A DNA stretch of 64,000 bases from an uncultured Gammaproteobacteria bacterium (GCA_964444415.1 CAYUHE010000004.1:7321-71320); one strand, 5' to 3'. Positions 36,783-47,439 are shown, numbered from the stretch's first letter. Notes: a model not told the origin generated them from the sequence alone. Numbers and translations: made by a program.

Positions 36783-38507
36783 ATGTCAATTGGTTCATTT
36801 GTATTTATGCTTCACAGTCACTTGCCTTATTATAGAAAAGCTGGTATGTGGCCGTTTGGAGAAGAAAACCTATATGAGTGTATGGCAGAAACATACATTC
36901 CGATAGCTAACGCTATTAACGAATTATATGATGAAGGTATCAAAGCAAAATTAACAATAGGTATTACACCTATTTTGGCTGAGCAGTTGAATGATGAGCA
37001 TTTACAAGAAGGCTTTATTCAATATTTAGACACAAGAATTGCAGCTGTAGCCAAAGATTTGGACCGTTATCCTTGTGATACGGTTGCTCATTCTCAACAC
37101 TTAAAATATCTTGCGAAGTATTACTTTGATTGGTTTACATCAATGAAAGAGACTTTTATCAATAAATATAACAAAGATTTAATTGCAGAATTTGCAAGAT
37201 TACAAAACTTAGGTTGTATCGAAATTACAACTTCTGGTGCTACGCACGGATTTTCACCACTTTTGGCTACAGATTCTAACTTGAATGCACAATTCAAAAT
37301 AGGTTCTGATACGACAAAAAGATTATTCGGTAAAAAACCTCGTGGAGCTTGGCTTCCTGAGTGTGCATACAGACAAGGCTACGAATACGTAGGAGCAGAT
37401 GGCGAGAAAAAATGGAGACCTGCAATTGAAGTTACATTGCAGAATAACGACATAGAATATTTCTTCACAGAATCACACGTTATTGAAGGTGGAAACTCTA
37501 TCGGAAACAGACGTGTAATTGGTGTTTATGGAAATATCGAATACATTCCTCTTCCTGAGCGTGAAGCAACAGGTTATGACACTTATTCGGCATACTGGTT
37601 GCCTGATGCACAAGTTGCTGTGTTAGGAAGAAATGACAGAGCAGGATTCCAAGTTTGGTCTGCTGCTGATGGATATCCCGGTGATGGATGTTACCGTGAA
37701 TTCCACAAAAAAGATGACAAATCAGGTATGCATTATTGGAGAATTACAGGAACTGACACTGATTTAGGTGACAAAATGCTGTATGACCCAGTATTGGCTA
37801 TGAATCAAATCAATTCAAATTCAGATCACTACGTAAATCTTTTGTACCATATGTTAAATGACCACAAACTTGCTACAGATAAAAATGGCATGATTATGGT
37901 TTCATTCGATACAGAATTATTTGGACATTGGTGGTTTGAAGGTGTTGAATTTATTAAACAAGTTATCAAAAAAATGGCAAAAGGTACGCCTGAAGTTGAA
38001 AGAATGACAGCTGCCGAGTATTTGGATAAATACCCGCCGACAGAAGCTATTCAAATCCCTGAATCTTCTTGGGGACAAGGCGGACATTTCTGGGTATGGC
38101 AAAACCATCTTACAGAGTGGATGTGGCCTATTATCCATGCTTGCGAAAAAAGAGCCAGTGCAATTGTTGATGATTTTCAAACAATCCCGACTGACAAACT
38201 TATGCATAGAGCTCTTAATCAGATGGCAAGAGAAAATCTATTGCTACAAAGTAGCGACTGGCCATTCTTAATTACAACATGGCAAGCTAAAGATTATGCT
38301 ACAGACAGATTCAGAGAGCACGTTGAGAGATTCGAAAAAATAGCAGCTATGATTGAAAATAATAATATCGATGATGCTTATTTGAGCGAAGTTGAATCAA
38401 TTGATAATTGTTTCCCTGTGATTGATTATCGTGCATATTCTTCAATCGAAGAAGGCATTATTCCTCAACAAGAAGCAAAACTTGCTCATTTATATGTTGA
38501 AAACTAA
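36783..38507 (+). CDS. GH57-family 1,4-alpha-glucan branching enzyme
   Basis: GSFVFMLHSHLPYYRKAGMWPFGEENLYECMAETYIPI.., ..DTELFGHWWFEG.. and a C-terminal DUF1957-like region. Confidence 0.85.
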   Translation: MSIGSFVFMLHSHLPYYRKAGMWPFGEENLYECMAETYIPIANAINELYDEGIKAKLTIGITPILAEQLNDEHLQEGFIQYLDTRIAAVAKDLDRYPCDTVAHSQHLKYLAKYYFDWFTSMKETFINKYNKDLIAEFARLQNLGCIEITTSGATHGFSPLLATDSNLNAQFKIGSDTTKRLFGKKPRGAWLPECAYRQGYEYVGADGEKKWRPAIEVTLQNNDIEYFFTESHVIEGGNSIGNRRVIGVYGNIEYIPLPEREATGYDTYSAYWLPDAQVAVLGRNDRAGFQVWSAADGYPGDGCYREFHKKDDKSGMHYWRITGTDTDLGDKMLYDPVLAMNQINSNSDHYVNLLYHMLNDHKLATDKNGMIMVSFDTELFGHWWFEGVEFIKQVIKKMAKGTPEVERMTAAEYLDKYPPTEAIQIPESSWGQGGHFWVWQNHLTEWMWPIIHACEKRASAIVDDFQTIPTDKLMHRALNQMARENLLLQSSDWPFLITTWQAKDYATDRFREHVERFEKIAAMIENNNIDDAYLSEVESIDNCFPVIDYRAYSSIEEGIIPQQEAKLAHLYVEN

Positions 38508-38525
38508 TTAATAAAATAAAATCTA

Positions 38526-38555
38526 AAAAGCCTCTAGTTTTCTAGGGGTTTTTTA
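38526..38555 (+). terminator. Rho-independent terminator after the GH57 gene
   Basis: AAAAAG CCTCTAG-TTTT-CTAGGGG TTTTTT. Confidence 0.75.
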
Positions 38556-38790
38556 TTGTTCGGTTTTTTAAGCATTACAACTTCTACATTTGTAACAGTT
38601 TGAAAATAATTCATTTCAAAGAGGTATATTTAAATTTTTTTCCATGATATAATTTTGAGACATTATTGTAATGAAAAGTTTAGGCAGAGCAAAAAGTATG
38701 ACTAACAAAAGAATGTATCAGGACCAATTAAACGCTTACATCTAGTAAGCCATTTTGTCGTGCATATATTTTTTTGAAAAACGTATTTGA

Positions 38791-38830
38791 AGCCTCCTAA
38801 ATGTAATTAGGAGGCTAATTTATTTTTGTT
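38791..38830 (+). terminator. Orphan terminator-like hairpin (10-bp perfect stem) with no annotated upstream gene
   Basis: AGCCTCCTAA-ATGTAA-TTAGGAGGCT followed by AATTTATTTTT. Confidence 0.5.
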
Positions 38831-39036
38831 ACAAGAAGTTAATAAAATCCAGAAAACAGGCATGTTTTCACCCGTTTAGTTTTAGTTATATAGAATAACT
38901 TCGCAAAGGAGAAATTCAAAATGAGAAACAATCGACGAAATATCGAATTACAGGCGAATTCCCCATTCGTCAATTATATGAACAGAATTTGGGGCTTGTA
39001 ATTTAGGTAATGCTCGGAGGCAAAAAGCAGCAATAA

Positions 39037-40503
39037 ATGGTAAATCCTATTTCTTTGACAACAAAGATTTTTACTGAATTAAATAAAACGACATCTTCGT
39101 TACTTCCTGTCGCAATTAAAGACTCGGCCGATATTGTAGGCAGAACTACAATGGCTAAGCAAGAAGGCGGAAAGCACGAAGCAAGAGAAAGATTTATAGA
39201 AGAAACATCGACTTCTTTGGTATGGTTAGGTGGTATTCCTCTTTCAAGATGGCTATTTGATAAGGCTATTATCAATCCGTTAGGCTTTGATTCTAAGACT
39301 AATTTAGAATTATTCGATAAAAAGAAAAACAAATTTCAAAATCTTCAAGATAATTTTGAAAAAATTAAAGATGTAAAACTCAAAGACCAGAATTTAGCAG
39401 ATTTATCAAAAAATCTTGGAAATTCAATCAATAAAGAGATAAGTATTTTAGGGAAAAGTATCAACAAATATAAGGCTTTGCAGGTTGTCAAAGCTGTTAT
39501 AACGACTCTGGTTCCTATGGTGCTTTTATCGCATACTTTGGTCAAAATGAATTTTGATTTGACAGACAAAATTAAGAAAAAAGAACTTGAAGAAAAATAC
39601 AATAAACCTGAAATTTCGCAACAAGCACAGAATATTCAGCAACCTCAAAATAAAAAAGATTTGAGTTTCTCAAGCCTCAAAAACTTTATGGTAGATGCTT
39701 TTAGCCCTGTCGCTCTTGCTACTTCTGCCACCAATAATCCTCTCGCTAATATGGGAGCTTTGGATTTGGCTATAAGTGGCGGAAGAATTGCAAATGCCAG
39801 AAATACAAATGAAAAAATCGAATACGGTATCAAAGAAGGCGGAATTATTTTCTTTATTTATATGGGTGGTAAGTTAATCCAAGATAGCCTCGAATGGGTT
39901 ATCAAACAAACTAAGGGCTTAAATGTCAACTTGAGCCCTGTTCTTCTGGATGACAAAAAAGAAGGCGGATTCTTGAAAAAAGTTGAAGAAATGGTAAAAG
40001 ATCCTTCCAAAAAAGCTGAGTGGATGAATTTTGATAAGAAAAAAGAAAAAGAGATTTTAGATACAATCAGCACTCATTTAAAAGGTGATAAAAAAGAGTT
40101 TGCTAATGGCGAATTCGTTAATCCTGTATTGAAGGCAGCTCAAAAAACGGGTCTTATTAAATTGCTTGAAACGGCTGATGGCAAATTTGTTCTTGACCCG
40201 AGAAAATATATTGATACAGACAAAATAGCCGGCTTAAACAAAGACATAGTGGCTTTTACAGAAAACGCTAGCAAAAATAAAGCTTCATCATTAACGGATT
40301 TCTTTGCTCAAGCCAAGAAAATCAAGAGAATTAGCTTAATAGCGAATCTTATGATTTGTAACCTCGCTGTCGGCTATGCAGTTCCCAAGCTACAGTATAT
40401 GGTCAGAGAAAAGAGAACCGGCACCAAAATGGCTCCGGGGCATGAAAAATATGCAAAAATGGAAAAAGAATTACAAACCATAAGTTCATATAAAACAGCT
40501 TAA
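39037..40503 (+). CDS. Hypothetical membrane protein, paralogue of 60927-62645
   Basis: The N-terminal ..GRTTMAKQEGGKHEARERFIEETSTSLVWLGGI.. aligns with ..GRTYQAKKRGGDIEARERLIEESISAVIWLWGI... The C-terminal VPKLQYMVREKRTG aligns with IPKIQYWMTQRTTG. Confidence 0.7.
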   Translation: MVNPISLTTKIFTELNKTTSSLLPVAIKDSADIVGRTTMAKQEGGKHEARERFIEETSTSLVWLGGIPLSRWLFDKAIINPLGFDSKTNLELFDKKKNKFQNLQDNFEKIKDVKLKDQNLADLSKNLGNSINKEISILGKSINKYKALQVVKAVITTLVPMVLLSHTLVKMNFDLTDKIKKKELEEKYNKPEISQQAQNIQQPQNKKDLSFSSLKNFMVDAFSPVALATSATNNPLANMGALDLAISGGRIANARNTNEKIEYGIKEGGIIFFIYMGGKLIQDSLEWVIKQTKGLNVNLSPVLLDDKKEGGFLKKVEEMVKDPSKKAEWMNFDKKKEKEILDTISTHLKGDKKEFANGEFVNPVLKAAQKTGLIKLLETADGKFVLDPRKYIDTDKIAGLNKDIVAFTENASKNKASSLTDFFAQAKKIKRISLIANLMICNLAVGYAVPKLQYMVREKRTGTKMAPGHEKYAKMEKELQTISSYKTA

Positions 40504-40588
40504 AAGCTTCGTTTAAGATTCTAAAAAAGTGCGGCACTATTCAAATGTCGGACTTTTTTAAATCAAAATGTCAATCTTCTCGAAACAC

Positions 40589-41191
40589 TTAGAAAAGACT
40601 TGACTGAGAGTGATTTTCTGTAAAGTCTATGCTAAACGGAGTTATTTTACCGGATTTTTCCCTTTTTGCATAAATAACCAATTTAGGGTCATTCAAATTT
40701 ACTTTTGCCAGTAATTTATTTAATGTCTGATGATAAAATCTCTGTGCTTCTTCAATACTTGGACCGTTTAAAAATGGGTTTTTATTTTTTGCATTTGCGT
40801 ATTTTCTTTGCAAGCTTGCATTATCATGAAGATTTGCCTCATTTCTGGTTAAAATGAAATGATCACCTTTGGTATAATTGTGCAAGATTGTTATATTTTG
40901 ACCATAAATTTTGCCGACTTCTCTAGGAGCTTCAGTATACCCTTGCGGAATAAAATAATCACCTACTTTGGATTTAAAAACTGTTCTGATATTATCGCAC
41001 AAGCCCCTTATGGCAGGATTATCCGTCTCTTGTTTATTTTTTTTCTTGAGAAGAATATTAACAAGCCCATTTAGAGCAGATTTAATCTCTTTTTGCTCTG
41101 TCAATAATTTATTATCCACAAGAACCATTTTTATCGGCACAACCGCTTTAAAATTAGTATGGTTATTTTGTTGATTGATAGATTGAATCAT
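40589..41191 (-). CDS. Hypothetical protein
   Basis: 200-aa ORF with no motif recognised. Confidence 0.55.
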   Translation of the reverse strand: MIQSINQQNNHTNFKAVVPIKMVLVDNKLLTEQKEIKSALNGLVNILLKKKNKQETDNPAIRGLCDNIRTVFKSKVGDYFIPQGYTEAPREVGKIYGQNITILHNYTKGDHFILTRNEANLHDNASLQRKYANAKNKNPFLNGPSIEEAQRFYHQTLNKLLAKVNLNDPKLVIYAKREKSGKITPFSIDFTENHSQSSLF

Positions 41192-41289
41192 AAGAAACCC
41201 TTTTAAGTTGCTTTTATATTTTAATTCATAAGCATTAAAACACTAAAGGTAAAAAAAATTGTCAGTCGAGGAATATAACTTTACAAATA

Positions 41290-43197
41290 TTAAACTTTCT
41301 CAACACCACTTGCATCCAAATCAATTAATTTGATGCCGTTGTCTTCAAATTGGATTTTATAAAGATTTCTCTCTCCGTGTGAAACAATCCTTTTTATGAC
41401 ACCTTTGCCGTATTTTGGGTGAGAAATGATATCTTCTTTATCAAATTTTAGACCTTTATTTTTCTTTTCTTTCACAGGGACTTTGTATTCTTTAAGTTCT
41501 TCTTGTTTATCATAAATAGGCTTTGGCTGTTGTTTTTGGGGCTGTTTAATCTCCAAAATTTCCTGTTCAAATTTGTCGACTTCTTCTTGATGTTCTCTCA
41601 TTCTTTGGATTTCAGAATTTTTCATTTCAGGCTGTGCTTGAGGCGTTGCTCTGTAAAGAGATTCCACATCTTCTAAAAGTTTTTCATCAAAAAGATCTTC
41701 ATCTTTTTCGTCTTCTTGAAATTCAATGACTTCATAGTCTTCTATCAAATCAGAATAATCTTCGTAACTGTTTTCTGACAATTCTTCCAAGTCCTCAAGA
41801 GATTCAATATCATCAAGAGTAATTTCTTCAAATTCAATCATTTCTTCAGGCAATTCAGTTTCTTGTGATTGAATATCTTCAATTTCAGAAATAATATCTT
41901 CAATTTCGGCAACTTGATTTTTTTGGAAAATAAGTTCTTCCTTTGGTTTCTTGATTTCTTCGGCAGACTTTGTTGCAGCTGGTTTTGCGAATGATTTGGG
42001 GGCTTCTTTTTCTACAGGCGGCTGAAGAATAATCGGAATATATTTGGTTTGTTCTCCTTGATAAATATATTCATCAGAAGAAAGCAAGGTCAAATATTCG
42101 ACCAAATTTGGAAAATAATTGATGCGTTTATTTGGGGGGCAAAGAATCAGGCTTTTTGCTTTTTTGACAAATTCGCCGATTAGTTCAGACGAATAATTCA
42201 CTGCACCTATGAATTTGACTCTTTTGTTGTTTTCAAAAACTTCATCAATTTCTTTAGAATTTTTGAATGCTTTATTATCTTCTAAAAGCACAAAAAATTT
42301 GTTGAGATTGCTTATTACAAAGATAATATAGTCTTTTTGCCATTCTTGCGGAACTTTGGAGAGGTCAACTACATACGCTGTATGTTTTTTGAAAATACTT
42401 CGCAGTCTTACAAAATCAGATTTCATATTTGCAAAAAGTTGTTTTTCTTTATATTTTTCAAGAATATTTTTGAGCAAAGACAGCTCAATAGAAGGCTGGG
42501 CATTGTCTACTACCGATTTGAATATATTGAACGGTATAAAAACCTCATCGCTTTGCTTGAAGAAAATTTTGATTTGGGCAATGACATCATCGAAAAGTAG
42601 TTTCATTTCAGGCGAAGCATATTGGAAGTTCTTTTCATACAGGCTTAGCAGCGTTTCTATATTCAAAGGGATTTTAAAATCTTTGATAGCATTGATTCTT
42701 GGGATGGTTTTTGATTTGAATTCGCCATGGAAATCAAAAATTACAAAGGGCAATGCGGCTTTGACAAATTCATTTTTGAGATTTTCAAAAATATCGATTT
42801 TGTTTTGATTATTGTCAAAAAGGACAAAAGTATTGTCGATACTATCGATATTTATTCTGAAATTTCTGTCAAATTGAGGCAAAAATCCTATTGAAAGTGA
42901 ATTTTTGTCGAGCTGAGAGAAAAGTTCAAGAACTTCTTGCCCTGATATTTTTTTGATTGTAGAGCTTTTAGGCGGAATATTGCCGACCCATTTTATCCAA
43001 TTACCGTTTTTGATTGTGAAAAATATTCTTAAATGGGCAATATTTTGCCCTTCATCCATCTCCAGCTTGAAAATCTGCGCTATTACACCGTGATTGCTTG
43101 GAATAATGAACTCAAGCATATCCCCGATGAAAAGGTCATTTTCTTCAGGATTGTAGTGGATTTTGAGAGTATTGTTCAGTACTGATAAAAGTTGCAT
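41290..43197 (-). CDS. Hypothetical protein: degenerate HerA-like N-terminal region, acidic linker, C-terminal PcrA/UvrD-type Tudor-like domain
   Basis: N-terminal barrel-like FIGDMLEFIIPSNHGVIAQIFKLE and HerA-like PFVIFDFHGEFKS are present, but there is no GxxGxGK(S/T). The linker is long and rich in E/D. The C-terminus is ISHPKYGKGVIKRIV..YKIQFEDNGIKLIDL. Confidence 0.6.
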   Translation of the reverse strand: MQLLSVLNNTLKIHYNPEENDLFIGDMLEFIIPSNHGVIAQIFKLEMDEGQNIAHLRIFFTIKNGNWIKWVGNIPPKSSTIKKISGQEVLELFSQLDKNSLSIGFLPQFDRNFRINIDSIDNTFVLFDNNQNKIDIFENLKNEFVKAALPFVIFDFHGEFKSKTIPRINAIKDFKIPLNIETLLSLYEKNFQYASPEMKLLFDDVIAQIKIFFKQSDEVFIPFNIFKSVVDNAQPSIELSLLKNILEKYKEKQLFANMKSDFVRLRSIFKKHTAYVVDLSKVPQEWQKDYIIFVISNLNKFFVLLEDNKAFKNSKEIDEVFENNKRVKFIGAVNYSSELIGEFVKKAKSLILCPPNKRINYFPNLVEYLTLLSSDEYIYQGEQTKYIPIILQPPVEKEAPKSFAKPAATKSAEEIKKPKEELIFQKNQVAEIEDIISEIEDIQSQETELPEEMIEFEEITLDDIESLEDLEELSENSYEDYSDLIEDYEVIEFQEDEKDEDLFDEKLLEDVESLYRATPQAQPEMKNSEIQRMREHQEEVDKFEQEILEIKQPQKQQPKPIYDKQEELKEYKVPVKEKKNKGLKFDKEDIISHPKYGKGVIKRIVSHGERNLYKIQFEDNGIKLIDLDASGVEKV

Positions 43198-43359
43198 AAT
43201 AGTCTTTAAATTCCGTACGATTATAATTCAAATCATAACATCAAAAATAATTGGAAGGAATAGTTTTCCAAAAGAATACTATTTTTGTATAATAAAATCA
43301 TAGATAAGTTGTATTTGTATAGTATAAGACAATTTTTTTCTTGAATAAGAGGATATAGA

Positions 43360-44901
43360 GTGGTTTCACACATAAAAACAGCGACAATAGTCGGTATTGA
43401 CGGGTATCAGATAGATGTTGAGGTTGATATAAGCTCATCTTTGCCGGGGATTACTATTGTCGGATTACCCGATACAGCAGTATCTGAGGCGAAAGAGCGA
43501 GTCAAAGCTGCGATAAAAAATTGTGGGTATTCTTTTCCTGCCAAAAAAGTTGTCATAAATCTTGCCCCTGCCGATATAAAAAAAGAAGGTTCAGGCTTTG
43601 ATTTGCCTATGGCAGTTGGAATTTTGGCATGCGAAGGAATTGTCGATGCTGAAAAAGTCAAAGATTTTGCTTTTTTGGGGGAGCTCTCACTTGATGGAAA
43701 TCTTCGTGCTATTAATGGCGTTTTGGCGATTGCTCTTGAACTTAGCAAACAGGGAGTCAAAAAATTTATCGTACCAAATGATAATGCTCTTGAAGGGGCT
43801 TTGGTTGAAGGAATCGAGATTTATCCGGCAGAACATCTTTGCGATGTGGTCAATATGTTTGTAGTTGAAAGTGCTTCTGTAGTCGAAATTAAGCCTTTTA
43901 AGATTGATATAAAAGATTTTTTGGATAAGACTCTTTCTCGAGAAATTTTATTTGATTTCAAAGATGTCAAAGGTCAGCAAAAAGCGAAACGGGCCCTTGA
44001 ACTTGCGGCAGCTGGGGGGCATAATATTTTGATGTCAGGTTCGCCTGGTTCAGGTAAGACACTTTTGGCTAAATGTTTTGCAGGTATTTTGCCGCCTTTG
44101 GAGCTTTCTGAAGCTTTGGAGTTGACCAAAATTTATAGCATAAGCGGTCTTCTCAATCGTGATGAACCGCTTGTAAGTGACAGACCATTTCGTTCCCCAC
44201 ATCATAGTGCTTCAGCTGTCGGTATAATTGGCGGTGGCGGAAATCCAAAACCGGGAGAAATTACTCTTGCTCACAATGGGGTTTTATTTTTGGATGAAGT
44301 TGTCGAGTTCCCAAGGCAGGTTCTTGAGGTTCTGCGCCAGCCTCTTGAGGATGGCAAAGTCACAATCTCACGCGCACAAATGAGCGTGCAGTATCCGGCA
44401 GATTTTATGCTTTTGGCGGCTATGAATCCCTGCCCTTGTGGATTTTTGGGCGATAGCGAAAAACAGTGTATTTGTTCTGCCAATCAGGCACAGCGTTATT
44501 GGGGAAGACTTTCAGGACCTTTTATGGATAGAATTGATCTTCAAATTGAAGTCGCAAGACTTTCTCAAAATGAACTTTTGAATAAGACAGAATCGGCTGA
44601 AAGTTCAAAAGAGGTAAGGCAAAGGGTGATTGCTGCCAGAAAATTGCAAGCAAAGCGTTTTGAAAATGACAAAATCATGACAAATTCACAAATGACACCT
44701 AAGCTTACCAAAAAATACTGCAAATTGACCGCTGACTGTGAAGATATGCTGAAAATGGCGATTACACGCTTTAGTCTTTCTGGTCGTGCCTTTGATAGAA
44801 TTTTGAAGCTTTCAAGGACTATTGCTGATATCGAAAATTCTTCTGATATCAAAATCAATCACATCGCAGAATCCTTGCAGTATCGGGATATCAAAAGATA
44901 G
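43360..44901 (+). CDS. comM: YifB/ComM-family Mg-chelatase-like AAA+ ATPase
   Basis: Lon-like N-domain, Walker A MSGSPGSGKT, GVLFLDEV, and the Cys cluster NPCPCGFLGDSEKQCIC. Confidence 0.92.
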   Translation: MVSHIKTATIVGIDGYQIDVEVDISSSLPGITIVGLPDTAVSEAKERVKAAIKNCGYSFPAKKVVINLAPADIKKEGSGFDLPMAVGILACEGIVDAEKVKDFAFLGELSLDGNLRAINGVLAIALELSKQGVKKFIVPNDNALEGALVEGIEIYPAEHLCDVVNMFVVESASVVEIKPFKIDIKDFLDKTLSREILFDFKDVKGQQKAKRALELAAAGGHNILMSGSPGSGKTLLAKCFAGILPPLELSEALELTKIYSISGLLNRDEPLVSDRPFRSPHHSASAVGIIGGGGNPKPGEITLAHNGVLFLDEVVEFPRQVLEVLRQPLEDGKVTISRAQMSVQYPADFMLLAAMNPCPCGFLGDSEKQCICSANQAQRYWGRLSGPFMDRIDLQIEVARLSQNELLNKTESAESSKEVRQRVIAARKLQAKRFENDKIMTNSQMTPKLTKKYCKLTADCEDMLKMAITRFSLSGRAFDRILKLSRTIADIENSSDIKINHIAESLQYRDIKR

Positions 44902-45903
44902 TTAAGTTGTAACTTTGTTTAATCCACTTGGTTTGTCGGCGTTAAGCCCTTTTTTCTTGGCAACTTCGCACGCTACAAGCTGATATAAAAATACCATTAA
45001 AAGTGGGGTCAAAAACCTGGATTTTAAAGGGAATAATTCTTCTGTAATAATCTCAATTTTTGGGTTGTAGCTTTTTTTGACGCGTTCTATAAGATTGAGG
45101 TCGGTTTGATGAATTTCATTGAAGGTAAATGATGCGGCCAAAATGGAATCGGTGCTTTCAAGCGTTACCATATGCCCATGGACGTATTCGCCAAGAGGAC
45201 GGCATGTAGTTTTTTCAAGAGCAGCTTCTTTGAGTTTGAGCCCTATTTCATTGAATGCAAAGTAGCAAAGACCACGCCCCAAGAAGATTTTGGCATCAAA
45301 ATCCTTGGCAGTTTTTTCTACCAAATCAGATTTCATGATTTTTTCTGCTGCATCTGGCAGATTTTGCACTTCAGATGTCAGATTTTTGGTATCAATACCT
45401 TTTTTTTGTGCAAAGTAAATTGCCAAAAGGTAGAGTTTCACAACGGTTGCGCTAAAGCTCTTTGTCGCAGGGATGGCGAGTTCTTCGCCTGCTTCCATAT
45501 CAAGCTTGAAGTCAGAGTCAACAGAAACAGGGGAGTCGATTTTATTTGTGATAGCAAGAGTTTGAGCTTTTGTTTTTTTGACTTTTTCAAGCGAAAGCAA
45601 AACATCGGTGCTTTTTCCTGATTGAGAAATAAAAATCACAAGGTCATCAGCATCAAAAATTACGTCTTTTTCTAAAATCTCGCTTGCAAATTCTACTTTT
45701 GACGGGATTTTTGCAATTTGTTCAAAATAATATGCCGCAAAATCCCCTGCATTTTTTGAAGTCCCGCTTGCAATAAGAGTAATTTTTTTGAAATTTTTAA
45801 TATCATCAAATCCTGATATAACATCATTTTTCAGATGTTTTTTGAGAATACTTTTGATGATTTGAGGTTGCTGTTTGATTTCTTTTTCGAAATTTTCAGT
45901 CAT
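44902..45903 (-). CDS. SIS-domain sugar-phosphate isomerase/aminotransferase-like protein (GlmS isomerase-domain homologue)
   Basis: 333 aa. ITLIASGTSKNAG.., ..FISQSGKSTD.., ITN.. and a C-terminal ..KPSGLNKVTT resembling the GlmS tail. Confidence 0.8.
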   Translation of the reverse strand: MTENFEKEIKQQPQIIKSILKKHLKNDVISGFDDIKNFKKITLIASGTSKNAGDFAAYYFEQIAKIPSKVEFASEILEKDVIFDADDLVIFISQSGKSTDVLLSLEKVKKTKAQTLAITNKIDSPVSVDSDFKLDMEAGEELAIPATKSFSATVVKLYLLAIYFAQKKGIDTKNLTSEVQNLPDAAEKIMKSDLVEKTAKDFDAKIFLGRGLCYFAFNEIGLKLKEAALEKTTCRPLGEYVHGHMVTLESTDSILAASFTFNEIHQTDLNLIERVKKSYNPKIEIITEELFPLKSRFLTPLLMVFLYQLVACEVAKKKGLNADKPSGLNKVTT

Positions 45904-46053
45904 AATCTTCTCGCTTCAAGCTATCTACTTACTTATACCCTAATTATTATACATTGTATCTCTTTGTAAATAAATATTCTAAACAAATAGCAATTTTCTG
46001 CCCAAAAAAACGTTTTTAATAATATAGTTAGTTATCAATAAAGGTATTTTTAG

Positions 46054-46251
46054 ATGTTTGCAAAATTTTTCAAGAATTTATTTAATTCGAATTTAGATTA
46101 TTATCCAAGATTTATTGACAAAAATGCCTACAAAAAAACAATTGCAAAATCCTCCAGCGATTTAGACGATTATAAAGAACTTAAAAATAATATTGAAGCA
46201 CCGTCTTATGGGCAGAGTGCTCTTTATGCTTATTCACTAATTCGCAAATAG
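46054..46251 (+). CDS. Hypothetical small protein (65 aa)
   Basis: ORF only. Confidence 0.35.
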   Translation: MFAKFFKNLFNSNLDYYPRFIDKNAYKKTIAKSSSDLDDYKELKNNIEAPSYGQSALYAYSLIRK

Positions 46252-46325
46252 CTTTTAGTCGTCCAGTTTCACATCCGTAAGGTCGACCACTTTGCAGCGG
46301 TCTCCTTCTTTGCTATGATTGATGT

Positions 46326-47396
46326 ATGAGTTTTTTATACATTCACATACCATTTTGCAAAAAAAAATGCAATTATTGCTCTTTCGTTTCGTTTTGTGGC
46401 GATACAAAAGCTTTTGAGCGATATTTTGATGCTTTGTGTTTGGAGTTTAGCGCTAAAGTAGAGGACAAGTTAAAAACCGCTTATATTGGCGGCGGTACGC
46501 CTTCTATAGTACCAATAGAGTTTTATCAAAAGTTCAATTTAGTTTTTTTTGAAGATTACGAATTTACTTTTGAAATCAATCCTAAAACTGTTGATATGCA
46601 GTATTTGCAGGCTTTAAAAGATTTAGGCGTTAACCGGCTCAGTATTGGGGTCCAGAGTTTTGATGATGAGATTTTGGTTCAAATAGGTCGAATTCATTCT
46701 GCCGATGATGCCAAAAAATGTGTAAAAATGGCTCAAGAAGTCGGTTTTGGCAATATTAGTATTGATTTGATTTACGGATTGCCAAATCAAACCATGTGTA
46801 TTTGGCAAAAAACTATTACGGAGGCGGTATCGCTTGGGGTGCAGCACATTTCAACTTACGGGCTCAAAATCGAAAAAGGGACGTATTTTGCCCATAATAT
46901 TCCTGAAAATCTTCCCGATGAGGATATTTGTGCAGATATGTATCTTGAGTGTATCAAAAACCTTTCAGAGAATGGATTTGAGCATTATGAAATCAGTAAT
47001 TTTGCTCTGCCAAATTTTGAATCAAAGCACAATATTAACTATTGGAAAAACAATCCCTATATAGCTCTTGGGGTTTCAGCCCATGGATATCAAAATGGTG
47101 TGCGTTATGAAAATACATCCGACTTCGAGGCATATCTTAAAAATCCTTTAAAGCCCTGTGCTAAAGTAGTTTTGACTCAAGAAGATATTTTACAAGAAGG
47201 GATATTTTTGGGACTCCGTATGGTTAAAGGCATTGATTTGAAAGAGTTTGAAGTCAGGTATGGTTTTGATTTTGAACAAAAATATGCACAAATCCTCGAG
47301 AAATATGAAGATTTTTTAGTGTTTCAAAATAGGCGGATATCCTTGACTCAAGAGGGTTTGATGTTGAGCAATGTTATATTGGCGGAGTTTATTTAG
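46326..47396 (+). CDS. hemW: Radical SAM heme chaperone HemW (HemN-like)
   Basis: LYIHIPFCKKKCNYCSF (CxxxCxxC), GGGTPS, and a HemN_C-like tail. Confidence 0.88.
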   Translation: MSFLYIHIPFCKKKCNYCSFVSFCGDTKAFERYFDALCLEFSAKVEDKLKTAYIGGGTPSIVPIEFYQKFNLVFFEDYEFTFEINPKTVDMQYLQALKDLGVNRLSIGVQSFDDEILVQIGRIHSADDAKKCVKMAQEVGFGNISIDLIYGLPNQTMCIWQKTITEAVSLGVQHISTYGLKIEKGTYFAHNIPENLPDEDICADMYLECIKNLSENGFEHYEISNFALPNFESKHNINYWKNNPYIALGVSAHGYQNGVRYENTSDFEAYLKNPLKPCAKVVLTQEDILQEGIFLGLRMVKGIDLKEFEVRYGFDFEQKYAQILEKYEDFLVFQNRRISLTQEGLMLSNVILAEFI

Positions 47397-47439
47397 GCTT
47401 GTGATATAATTAACTCAAAGACTAAATGGGGTAAAAATC

